64,000 nt of DNA from Mycoplasmatales bacterium (GTDB lineage: Bacteria; Bacillota_I; Bacilli_A; Mycoplasmatales; JABABV01), in the NCBI GenBank assembly GCA_965222855.1, contig CBDCUL010000007.1, positions 5,343 through 69,342 on the forward strand, written 5' to 3'. The position numbers were made by a program, and so were the translations under genes. The notes beneath the pieces are model-generated. The model had not been told where the DNA came from, made no database searches, and saw nothing but the letters and a program-made list of their open reading frames with translations. Shown in pieces: positions 34,215 to 44,671 of this stretch (position 1 is its first letter; every line of letters begins with the position of its first letter).

Positions 34215-35225
34215 ATTATCTCCTTGACTCAATTAATAGAATTTCTTTAAAAACGCGACATTATTATTATAAAATTCGCGAATATCAGTTACGTTGTATT
34301 TGATCATTGCGATTCGCTCAATCCCAATTCCAGCAGCAAAGCTCTGGAATTTTTGAGCATCAATATTAGCTTCAGTTAAAACATTAGGATGAAGCATTCC
34401 TGCTCCTAATATTTCAATTCAACGATTACGGAAGAAAATATCAACTTCAACTGAAGGTTCCGTAAATGGGAAATACGAAGGACGGAGACGGATTTTAACA
34501 TCTTGACCAAATAAATATTGGCACATTTCTAAAAGCATTCATTTTAAGTTAGCAAATGAAATACCAGGCCCAACATTAACAATGTCAACTTGGCTAAATT
34601 GGTGGGAATGAGTTGCATCATCGCTATCACGACGATAAACATTCCCAAATGAAACAATTTTAAAATGGTTATTAGTTTTTTCTAATTCCCGAATTGTATT
34701 AGCAGTACAATGAGTACGTAGTAAAGTTGCACTGTTAATATAAAAAGAATCTTGCATATCACGCGCTGGATGGTCTTTAGCTAGGTTTAATTTTTCAAAA
34801 TTATAAACATCTTCTTCAATTTCGTGACCTTCTGAAATTTGATAACCACGATTCATAAAGAAGTTTAAAATATCGTTTAAAACTAAATTTAGCGGATGAA
34901 TTTTACCGTTGGCAATATTAATTCCTGGTAAAGTAACATCGATTTTTTCAGCGGCAATTTTTTGATTAATAATTGTTGCATTGATTTGTTTAACTTGAGC
35001 GTTAAACAAATCATTTAAAGCGATCTTAATTTCATTAACTGCTTTACCAAAAGCAATCCGTTCTTGATGACTTAAAGTTGCCATCACACGCATTGCTTGA
35101 ACTAACTCTGATTTCTTACCAAGATAACGGGCTTTTAGTTGTTTTAAACTTTCAAAATCATTAACATTTTGTAATTCACTTTGGCAAGTTGCTAAAATTT
35201 TGGCTAAATTTTCTAAATTGCTCAT
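34215..35225 (-). CDS. pheS: phenylalanine--tRNA ligase alpha subunit, 336 aa
   Basis: Class II motifs ([40 protein letters not shown]). TGA 34539 is read through. The TAA 34215..34217 lies inside the pheT RBS. Confidence 0.85.
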
Positions 35226-35260
35226 ATAAAATCTCCTCTAAATTTTTAGTAATCTTGTTT

Positions 35261-36616
35261 TTATTTTAACATATTCCCAAAATCAGGCATTTGGAAATTG
35301 CCGCCTTTAGCGCCTTTACCAAACATTGATTTCATTTTATCCATTTGTTTTTTCATTTGGTCATATTGACGCAGTAGCGCATTAAATTCTTGCGCACTGC
35401 GACCACTACCTTTAATGATCCGTGCTTTTCGTTTTGGTTGTTTTAATAATTTAGGATTAATTCGTTCCGCCATTGTCATTGACGAAATAATTACTTCTGC
35501 TAAAAACAACGTTCTTTGGGCACGATCTTTTTGCTCATTCGATAGTTTAGGCATTCCCGGAATCATTTTTAATAATCCCCCAAGTTTACCCATCTTTTTA
35601 ATTTGACTTAGATTTTGCAATAAGTCATTCATATTGAATTTACCGCTAATAAATTTATTCATTGATTTTTTAGCAGCTTTTTCATCAATTACTTCACTCG
35701 CTTTTTCAATTAAACTAAGAGCGTCACCCATTCCTAAAATTCGGCGTGCCATCCGATCAGGATGAAAAACATCGAAATCTTTAACATGCTCACCAGTTCC
35801 AATAAATTTAATTGGAATATCTAGTAATTGTCTAATTGAAAGTGCCGCTCCAGCACGGGCATCGGAATCTAGTTGCGTTATAATTGAACCAGTTAATTTT
35901 AATTGTTGATCAAAACTAGTTGCCACATTAATAATATCTTGACCAGACATAGCGCTAACTACAATTAAAATTTCTTTTGGTTTAATAATCCTTTTTAGAT
36001 CAACTAATTCAGCCATTAGCGTTTCATCAAGATGTAAACGTCCAGCTGTATCAAAAATGACCGCATCAAATTGTTCATTTTTTGCTTTCTCAAAAGCCGC
36101 TTGAGCAATTGTTTGGGGCGTTGATTGCGATATACTAAAAACTTCAAATTGGTTTTGTTGACCAAGTTGAATTAATTGCTCAATTGCGGCTGGACGATAA
36201 ACATCACAAGCAACAGCTAAGATTTTAGTATAGTTATGTTTTTTTCTTAAATGAACTATCAATTTAGCAACGGTCGTTGTTTTACCAGTTCCTTGTAAAC
36301 CAACTAACATAATGGTTGATGGTTTAATTGATAAATTTAAATTTTGTTGTTTCGTACCTAATAAGCTCGTTAATTGATGATCAACAATCTTAATGATTTG
36401 ATGTTTAACATCTAATCCGGGCGTAATTTGAATTCCCACTAAAGCAGTTTTGACATTATTAACAAATAATTTAACAACTTTTAAATTAACATCAGCTTCT
36501 AAAAGCGCTAAGCGAATTTCACGCAACGTTAGTTGAATGTTTTCCGGCGTTAGCGAATTTTTTTTAGCAGCTTTATTAATCGCATTAGTGATTCGATTTG
36601 AAAAAAAATCTAACAT
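35261..36616 (-). CDS. ffh: signal recognition particle protein Ffh, 451 aa
   Basis: GTPase motifs GLQGTGKTT, DTAGR and TQLD, with a Met-rich M domain. Confidence 0.9.
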   Translation of the reverse strand: MLDFFSNRITNAINKAAKKNSLTPENIQLTLREIRLALLEADVNLKVVKLFVNNVKTALVGIQITPGLDVKHQIIKIVDHQLTSLLGTKQQNLNLSIKPSTIMLVGLQGTGKTTTVAKLIVHLRKKHNYTKILAVACDVYRPAAIEQLIQLGQQNQFEVFSISQSTPQTIAQAAFEKAKNEQFDAVIFDTAGRLHLDETLMAELVDLKRIIKPKEILIVVSAMSGQDIINVATSFDQQLKLTGSIITQLDSDARAGAALSIRQLLDIPIKFIGTGEHVKDFDVFHPDRMARRILGMGDALSLIEKASEVIDEKAAKKSMNKFISGKFNMNDLLQNLSQIKKMGKLGGLLKMIPGMPKLSNEQKDRAQRTLFLAEVIISSMTMAERINPKLLKQPKRKARIIKGSGRSAQEFNALLRQYDQMKKQMDKMKSMFGKGAKGGNFQMPDFGNMLK

Positions 36617-36673
36617 AATTATTACCTTTAGTTTTTAAGTTTTAAGTTACTTTAAGATTTATAATATTTATTA

Positions 36674-37336
36674 TTAATAGCTTGTTTTAGCTGTTTTACC
36701 AGTCACGATTGCAATACCAGCACTACATCCAATACGTGTTGCTCCAGCGGCAATCATGTTTTGAGCGTCTTCTAAATTACGTACGCCACCAGCTGCTTTA
36801 ATACTAACTTCGTCTCCACAACTAGCGCGCATTAATTTAACATCTTCAACAGTTGCTCCACTATATGAGAACCCAGTTGAAGTTTTGACAAAATCAGCAC
36901 CCGCTTGTGTTACTATTTCACAAGCAATAATTTTTTCTGATTTTGTTAATAGCGCATTTTCAATAATTACTTTTAAAACATGCCCTTTAATCGCGTCTTT
37001 TATTTTACGAATTTCATTCAATACATACTCAGTTTGTCCATCTTTTAAGCGACCAATGTTAATTACCATATCAATTTCATCAGCACCGTGTTCGATTGCT
37101 AATTTAGCTTCATAGACTTTTGCCATTGTTGCGTTAGCACCTAAAGGAAAGCCAACTACTGTTGTAATTCCCACTTCACTATCTTTTAATAAAGTGTGTG
37201 CTAATTTTACTCAAGAAGGATTAATACATACTGTTTTGAAATTATATTCGATTGCTTCTTCACATAATTTTTTAATTTTATCTGTTGTTGCTTCCGCTTT
37301 TAATAAAGTATGATCTATATATTTGTTAATTTCCAT
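36674..37336 (-). CDS. deoC: deoxyribose-phosphate aldolase, 220 aa
   Basis: DeoC motifs ([20 protein letters not shown] with the Schiff-base Lys, IKAAGGVR). ATG 37336 is in frame with track ORF 36674..37174. Confidence 0.85.
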
Positions 37337-37425
37337 AAAATACCTCGATTTTTAGTTAGTTTTTAGCTGATAATAAATATTTAATTACAAATAATATGAT
37401 ATCACAAAATAAATTATTTACTTAG

Positions 37426-38307
37426 TTAATAATTTATTTTGTGTGCGATTAATTTAAAAAATTTATGATTATTTATATAATATTGATATAAATGTTTTTT
37501 ATCATAATTAAGCAGTTCTTTAACTTTGCTTTCATCTAAGTTAAGATCCCTAGATTGTTTGTCACCACTTAAATGGTGACTTGTTTTTTGATTGGCTAAA
37601 AGTTGACTTTTAATTTCTACTATTGATTTTTGATATTTAGTTGCAATTGCTTTTAAAATCTTATTAATCTTTTGTTGCTTGACCATTTTTTTAAGTAAGT
37701 TAGCAGATCTAATAGCATCAGTTTCGGTTTTATCAAAAAATAATAAATGTTTACTTTCAAAAAGCATTCACTTAATTAGAAAATTCGCTTTAGCGTTGAA
37801 ATACAAGCGGATTTTGAAAAAGATTTCCCCGACTAGTGCTAAGCCTCAAAACAACCATTCAATCCACAGGACGTTAATAAAAATAACGAAAAAGGCAAAC
37901 ATAATTACGCCAAAGAAAGCGCGGGATAATTTTTCTTCATTAATTTGATAATTAGTATTAACTTGGTAATTATCATATTGATGCAAGTTGATTAATAATT
38001 TAATCAACGCATTTCATTCTTGATGTGATTGATAGTGCATTCCTTTATATTTTTCAATTAATAATAAATATCATGCAGTAATAATTTTTTGACGCCGATC
38101 AATATAAATATTAGAATAAATAAAAAGTGCTAAAAAAATTAAATAGACGCTGAAAAAAATTCATTCTAATTCAAATAATTGTTGAAAGATAATTTTAATA
38201 AAGGCGGTAATTAGTAATGAGTAACTAAAAATGTTTAATAAAATTTTACGTAATTTATACATATTAAAAATTTCAATATAGATATTGCGTAATTTATAAA
38301 TATTCAT
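37426..38307 (-). CDS. hypothetical membrane protein, 293 aa
   Basis: GGAGG RBS plus ATG 38307, several hydrophobic segments, joined to track ORF 37426..37767 through TGA codons. Confidence 0.5.
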
Positions 38308-38450
38308 AATTGGCAACCTCCGTTTTTATTATATATATAATAAAATGATAACAATATTTCAATTTAAACAACAATCTAATACAATTAAAAAAACATATCA
38401 ATTTGGCTTGATATGTTTTTTTACTTTTTATTTTAACGATTTTTTGGCAA

Positions 38451-38936
38451 TTACTTAATCAAAGATTCAATACGCATGTCAGCGATAATTGGGTCTTTCG
38501 CATTAGTAATAATATCTAAAATATCTTGGGCGGCTTTCTCTTCATGAATTTGGTCTTCAACGAAGAAGCGCGCTAACGTTACTGTTTGGTAATCTTTTAG
38601 CGTTAGTGCAACATCATAAATGCGTGAATATTGCGCTGTTACTTGGCGCTGATATGTCGCATATCATTTTGCTAATTCTTTGATATCAGCAAAATTGTTT
38701 GGTGCAATTGGATGGGGTAATGTTTGTTGAATATTAACTTGTTGGTCACGGTCTAGTAAGTAATCACTAACTTTGTGGACATGTTCAAATTCTTCTTTAC
38801 AAGCGTTGAACATTCATTTAGCATAACCGCTAAATCCCATCAATTCTAAATTAGCACCTAATTGGGCAAAAGTCATCACTGATTGATATTCTTCCATTAC
38901 TTGTAATTGTAATAAGTCTAGGATTTTTTTATTCAT
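38451..38936 (-). CDS. ferritin-like iron-storage protein, 161 aa
   Basis: Four-helix ferroxidase-type residues (MEEYQS..., KEEFEHVHKV, FVEDQIHEE). Absent from the track because two TGA-Trp codons break it. ATG 38936, TAA 38451..38453. Confidence 0.65.
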
Positions 38937-39015
38937 CTTGATAATTCTCCTCAAATTTTAGATTAAGATTTTAATTTATCTGTTCTATTAATAATTATAT
39001 ATTATGTTTATTTAA

Positions 39016-39516
39016 TTATTTACTAGTAATATTAGTAATTTTTACTTTATAAGGTGTTTCAACACTATCAATTAAAATGACATCATTTTTTGATGCACCT
39101 AAAATTGCTTGTGCTAATGGTGCCTCATTCGAAATTTTATTAGAAAATGGGTCAGCTTCAACTGAACCAACAATTCGATATTGATGTTCTTTATTAGTTG
39201 TTAAATTTTGTAATGTAACAACTGCACCAATACGGACTTTATTACCAATATTTTTTTGGTCAATAATTTCGGCATTTTCAACTTGAACTTCTAATTCTTT
39301 AATACGTGATTCAACTTGAGCTTGATGATTACGAGCAGCGTCATAATCAGCATTCTCTGATAAATCACCTTGAGCACGAGCTTCTTGGATTTCTTTAATT
39401 ACTTCATTACGAGTAATGTTAATTAAAATATTTAATTCTTCTTGAATTTTATCTAAACCTTCACGTGTTAATAAAATTTTGTTATTATTGTTAATTTTGG
39501 GATTTTGTATTGTCAT
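39016..39516 (-). CDS. greA: transcription elongation factor GreA, 166 aa
   Basis: GDLSENADYDAA acidic loop motif. Start taken at the internal ATG (MTIQNPKI) of track ORF 39016..39600. Confidence 0.85.
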   Translation of the reverse strand: MTIQNPKINNNNKILLTREGLDKIQEELNILINITRNEVIKEIQEARAQGDLSENADYDAARNHQAQVESRIKELEVQVENAEIIDQKNIGNKVRIGAVVTLQNLTTNKEHQYRIVGSVEADPFSNKISNEAPLAQAILGASKNDVILIDSVETPYKVKITNITSK

Positions 39517-39686
39517 TTTTGGAGCGCTCCTTGCTTCTCTGTGAAAATATCTTGCTTTGATTATTATAACATAAATTAAGTGATTATAATAAATACTCAT
39601 TGCTAATTAGTAGTGATTTAGTTAATTCTAAAAATTGACTAAAAAATATCAATTATAATTAATAATTGATATTTTTAAAATAGTAA

Positions 39687-41561
39687 TTAGTTAATGTAAT
39701 CATACGTTTTAGTTAATAAATTATAAGTTATTATTGCCCGGTAATAACTTACATATATTAATCCCCCACGAGTTTTGTATAAAAATTGTCCTGAAACACT
39801 AATTTTTGCAACATTACCAGAAAATGTTGTTTTTGAAATTGATGATATTCCTGGACTAGCAACATTGGCAATTGGGACGCGTTTTCTAAAAGCGATAAAG
39901 CGACGAATTTGATATTGTAATTCTGGTGTTTTAAAGCCCATTCATGCTGGTGTTATGCTGTCTTGTTTTTTCATTGCGGGTGTTAAGTCATCTCATTTAG
40001 GTCACGTAACTGGTGTTAGTGGTAATATGGCTGGAGTTAATTTACGCATTGCTGGATTCAAACTATTTGAATTAGTAACAATATGTAAATTTCAGAAAGT
40101 GAATTTATTACTATCGGCGTTGTAAACTGCTGTGGCTATTACTGAACCATAAATTCCGTTAACATTTATTGTTGCATTTACACTAGCATAAGTTTTCTGG
40201 CTTTCGCCTTGCTTATGAACGTTATATACATTAACTTTTGACAACAGTTCTGCCGTTGTATTAGTTGGTACATAATTTTGCAGTGCTGTTGTCAAAGGAG
40301 CGTGTAGGTGCTCGTTTGTAAAGATTGCAATAGATGGTCCTAAATTGTTCATTGCCGGATTCATACTATTTGAATTAGTTACAATATGTAAATTTCAGAA
40401 AGTGAAATTATTACTATCAGTATTATAAACTACAGTAGCAGTAATTGATCCTTTGATTCCTGCAACATTAACTGTTGCATTTACATCGGCATAAGCTTTA
40501 TGAGACTCACCTAGTTTGTGAATATTATAGACGTTAACTTTTGATAGCAGCTGAGATTCTGTACCGGTTGGTAAATAATTATGCAATGCTGTTGTCAAAG
40601 GAGCGTGTAGGTGCTCGTTTGTAAAGATTGAAGTAGATGGTCCTAAATTGTTAATTGCCGGATTCATACTATTTGAATTAGTTACAATATGTAAATTTCA
40701 GAAAGTGAAATTATTACTATCAGTATTATAAACTACAGTAGCAGTAATTGATCCTTTGATTCCTGCAACATTAACTGTTGCATTTACATCGGCATAAGCT
40801 TTATGAGACTCACCAAGTTTGTGAATATTATAGACGTTAACTTTTGATAGCAGCTGAGATTCTGTACCGGTTGGTAAATAATTATGCAATGCTGTTGTCA
40901 AAGGTTGCTGCAAACGCTCGTTTGTAAAGATTGTAGTAGATGGTCCTAAATTGTTAATTGCAGGTGTTAGGCCTTCTTGTTTTGGTCACTTAACTGGCGT
41001 TAGTGGTAATATGGCTGGAGTTAATTTACGCATTGCTGGATTAAAACTATTTGAATTAGTAACAATACGTAAGTTTCAGAAAGTAAATTTTCCACTATCG
41101 GCGTTATAAACTACAGTCGCTATTACTGAACCATAAATTCCGTTAACATTTACTGTTGCGTTCACACTAGCATAAGTTTTGTGACTTTCACCTAGTTTGT
41201 GAACATTATATACATTTACTTTTGACAACAGCGCTACTGTCGTACTTGTTGGTAAATGATTGTGTAGTGCTGTTGATAAAGGAGCGTGCAAACGCTCGTT
41301 TGTAAAGATTGTAGTAGATGGTCCTAAATTGTTCATTGCAGGTCTTAAATCATCTCATTTAGGTCATGCAACTGGTGTTAGTGGTAATATAGCGGGACTT
41401 AGTTTATTCATTCCTGGCCCTACTAACGGTGCATCTGGATGATGTTTAGAATGTGACTTATGATGAAAGATGAAAGTTGTTGCACTACCAATTAATAATA
41501 AAAAGACTAGTGATAAACTGGATACCATAATTTTAAATTTCTTTTTTGTTGATTTGTTCAT
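39687..41561 (-). CDS. membrane-anchored modular surface protein F1 with four ~100-aa tandem domains, ~624 aa
   Basis: Six track ORFs (39687.., 40092.., 40395.., 40698.., 41076.., 41364..) are all in one frame, each separated by a single TGA in the motif FTF-W-NLH. The N-terminus MNKSTKKKFKIMVSSLSLVFLLLIG has no lipobox Cys. Confidence 0.7.
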
Positions 41562-41749
41562 TCTAAACACTCCTTACTTTTAGTGATTTTCTAAGATGGG
41601 ATTTTATATCAATATAAATATTTTGTCATACATTTTATCATATTATCGCAGTAAATACAAATGTTGTTCAATAATCTTCTAATTAATTAGATTTTATTAA
41701 CACAACATTTGTATTTACTTTTATATTATTATCATATAATTAGAAATAA

Positions 41750-42469
41750 TTATTCATGCGTATAACTATATTTATTAGTATTAAAATTAAAGAAGACATG
41801 AATATCATTTGATCAAGCAGGTAGGAATCAACCATTTTTCTTATACATTCAACATTTAGCATCAATTGTTTGTTCAGCAATATTGTTATTAATTTTTATT
41901 TTATAAGCATAAGAAATGCTCATATGTCTAATTTCATTAATTGATGTACCTTCTCTTTTGGCAAATCAAAGACTAGCTTGATGTTTTAAAACAGCTGTGG
42001 GAAAAATATCTTGCGCAGGTGTTAGATTTGAGATTGCCGGAGTTAAGTTTGAAATGGCTGGTGTTAGGTTTGAGATAGCGGGTGTTAGATTAGAGATTGT
42101 AGGTGTTAGCCCATCTCACTTCGGTCACTTAACTGGTGATAAGTTCGAGATAGCCGGTGTTAATCCAGAGATAGCCGGTGTTAATCCAAAAATTGTTGGA
42201 GTTAAGTTCGAGATAGCAGGAGTTAAACTAGATATAGCTGGCGATAGTTCACGAATAGCTGGTGTTAAGTTATCTTGTTTGGGGAATTTCGCTGGCATGA
42301 AGGGCATTAAACTTGGTGTTAATGCTGAACTATCAGGATTAGGAAGTTGCGCCTTTTTGGGCATAAAAATGAAAGTTGTTGCACTCCCAATTAATAATAA
42401 AGATACCATTGATAAACTGGATACGATAATTTTTAATTTCTTCTTCGTTGATTTATTAATAATGAACAC
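41750..42469 (-). CDS. modular surface protein F2 (signal anchor + heptad repeats + C-terminal domain), ~239 aa
   Basis: Track ORF 42125..42469 is read through TGA to TAA 41750..41752. The start is GTG, or ATT at the position of the F1 ATG, after a GGAG RBS. Confidence 0.6.
42026..42268 (-). repeat. 21-nt (7-aa, LTPAISN-type) in-frame tandem repeats in F2, interrupted by one PVKWPKWDG unit
   Basis: LTPAIRE LSPAISS LTPAISN LTPTIFG LTPAISG LTPAISN ... LTPTISN LTPAISN x3. Confidence 0.7.
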
Positions 42470-42502
42470 TCCTTTTTTTATTGTTTTTTTAAATTAGCTT
42501 AA

Positions 42503-44212
42503 TTACATTACGTAACTAAATTTGTTAGTATTCAAGTTATAACGAATACGGGAATGAAAATATGGGTAGGCGAAACCGCCTCAACTCATGCGCATTCAAC
42601 AATTACCATCAACTCGCACTTCAGCAATGTTGTTAGTAATTGTTATTTTATTAATTTTCGAAATTTTAAATCTTGAAATTTCGTTAATTGAACTATGTTC
42701 TTTCTTTGATAATCAAAGTTTTATTTGTTGCTCTAAAATATTTTTGGGAAAAATATCTTGAGCAACATTATTATTATAACTACTACTTGGGATTGTTATA
42801 ATAACGTTAGAAGTAGCATATGTGTCTGTTTCAAATAAATAAGTTACTTGCATCACAAATTTATAAGTTTTTCCATTTAATATGACATAACCTTTAACGG
42901 GTGCTGTTGTTGTTTTTTTGATTGGGTCAAAATATAGTTCTGAGCGGTTGATGCCTGTGATCTTTAAATCACTAGCAGCAATAGTTTCATTTAATTTTTT
43001 ACTCATCGCTATTACAGTAATTGGATGGAGATTAACTTTAATAAATGGTTTAAATCCTGGAAGAATATCAGACATAGCTGGAGTTAATTCATCTCACTTT
43101 GGTCATTTAACTGGTGATAGTCCATCTCACTTTGGTCATTTAACTGGTGACAGGCCATCTCACTTCGGTCATTTAACTGGTGATAGTCCATCTCACTTCG
43201 GTCATTTAACTGGTGATAGTCCATCTCACTTTGGTCATTTAACTGGTGTTAAGTTTGAAGACATTGCTCAATCAGTTTTTAAGTTAGTGATTAAGTATGA
43301 TTGATCATTTAGTGAATAAGTTACTATTGCACTAAATTTTTTATCAACACCGCCAACTGTGACTATTCCATAAATATTAGCTGTCGTTGTTGTAATTGGT
43401 TGTCCTTGAATTAATAATGTATTTGTATGAATATTAGTAACTGAAATTCCTGGTGCTAATGTTCAATGGCTACCGATTGGTAACTTGTTAGTTAAAGCAT
43501 TAGATACAGGTACTATTAAATTATTGTTGGCAAAGATTGAAGTTGCTGGTGTTAGATCTTTTTGTGTTGGCATAGCTGGTGTTAACTCATCTTGTTTCGG
43601 TCATTTAACTGGTGATAGTCCATCTCACTTCGGTCATTTAACTGGTGACAGGCCATCTCACTTCGGTCATTTAACTGGTGATAGTCCATCTCACTTTGGT
43701 CATTTAACTGGTGTTAAGTTTGAAGACATTGCTCAATCAGTTTTTAAGTTAGTGATTGAGTATGATTGATCATTTAGTGAATAAGTTACTATTGCACTAA
43801 ATTTTTTATCAACACCGCCAACTGTGACTATTCCATAAATATTAGCTGTCGTTGTTGTAATTGGTTGTCCTTGAATTAATAATGTATTTGTATGAATATT
43901 AGTAACTGAAATTCCTGGTGCTAATGTTCAATGGCTACCGATTGGTAACTTGTTAGTTAAAGCATTAGATACAGGTAGTATTAATTCACTACTGGCAAAG
44001 ATTGAAGTTGCTGGTGTTAGACCATTTGGTTTGATGAAAGATTCTGGTGTTAATGGTGTTCAAGTTGGGATAATTAATGGTGCATCTGGATTATGATATT
44101 TATGTTTTTTAACATAAAATACAAATGATGTTGTGCTACCAATTAATAATAAAGATACAATCGATAAACTAGATACCATCATTCTGAATTTATTGTTTGT
44201 TCGTTTTGACAT
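42503..44212 (-). CDS. modular surface protein F3 with duplicated 155-aa unit and Trp-rich 11-aa repeats, 569 aa
   Basis: I checked codon by codon from ATG 44212 to track ORF 42713..43075 and found no TAA/TAG. It continues to TAA 42503..42505. The C-terminal domain is homologous to F2. Confidence 0.7.
43081..43250 (-). repeat. 33-nt (11-aa) Trp-rich tandem repeat, 5 copies (SPVKWPKWDGL)
   Basis: Both Trp in each unit are TGA codons. Units are near-identical at the DNA level. Confidence 0.7.
43580..43715 (-). repeat. 33-nt Trp-rich tandem repeat, 4 copies (second array in F3)
   Basis: Same unit as 43081..43250. It lies one 465-nt duplication period away. Confidence 0.7.
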
Positions 44213-44671
44213 AATTTAAAACAACCCCTTTCTGAGATGTTATTTTTTATTTTGTAAAGTTTTTTTAATTTTAGTCAAATACTATAACACTATCTTTGTA
44301 ATAATACAAATATTTTTAAAAATAATACATAACAAAAGATTTAACTGCATAATAATTTATTCAGAAGTTAAATATTAGATCTTGTTTTATGAAAATTAAA
44401 ATTGAATATTAGTAGGATATTAAATTTATCAAAGTCTAGTAATTTACTTAAAGTTATAAAATCGTTAATTCAATTTTAATGTCAATAAATACAAAGCTAA
44501 TTTTTGGGCTTCTTTTAGTTTTAAAATTTAATATTTAGTATATACAATTGTATCATAAATGTTGTTCTTTATCAATATTTTGTAATACAAATAATTTCAT
44601 AATAGTTTTAGATAATTAAAAAAATATCAACTATTAATTAGTTGATATTTTTTTAAGAAATTAAGTATGAA

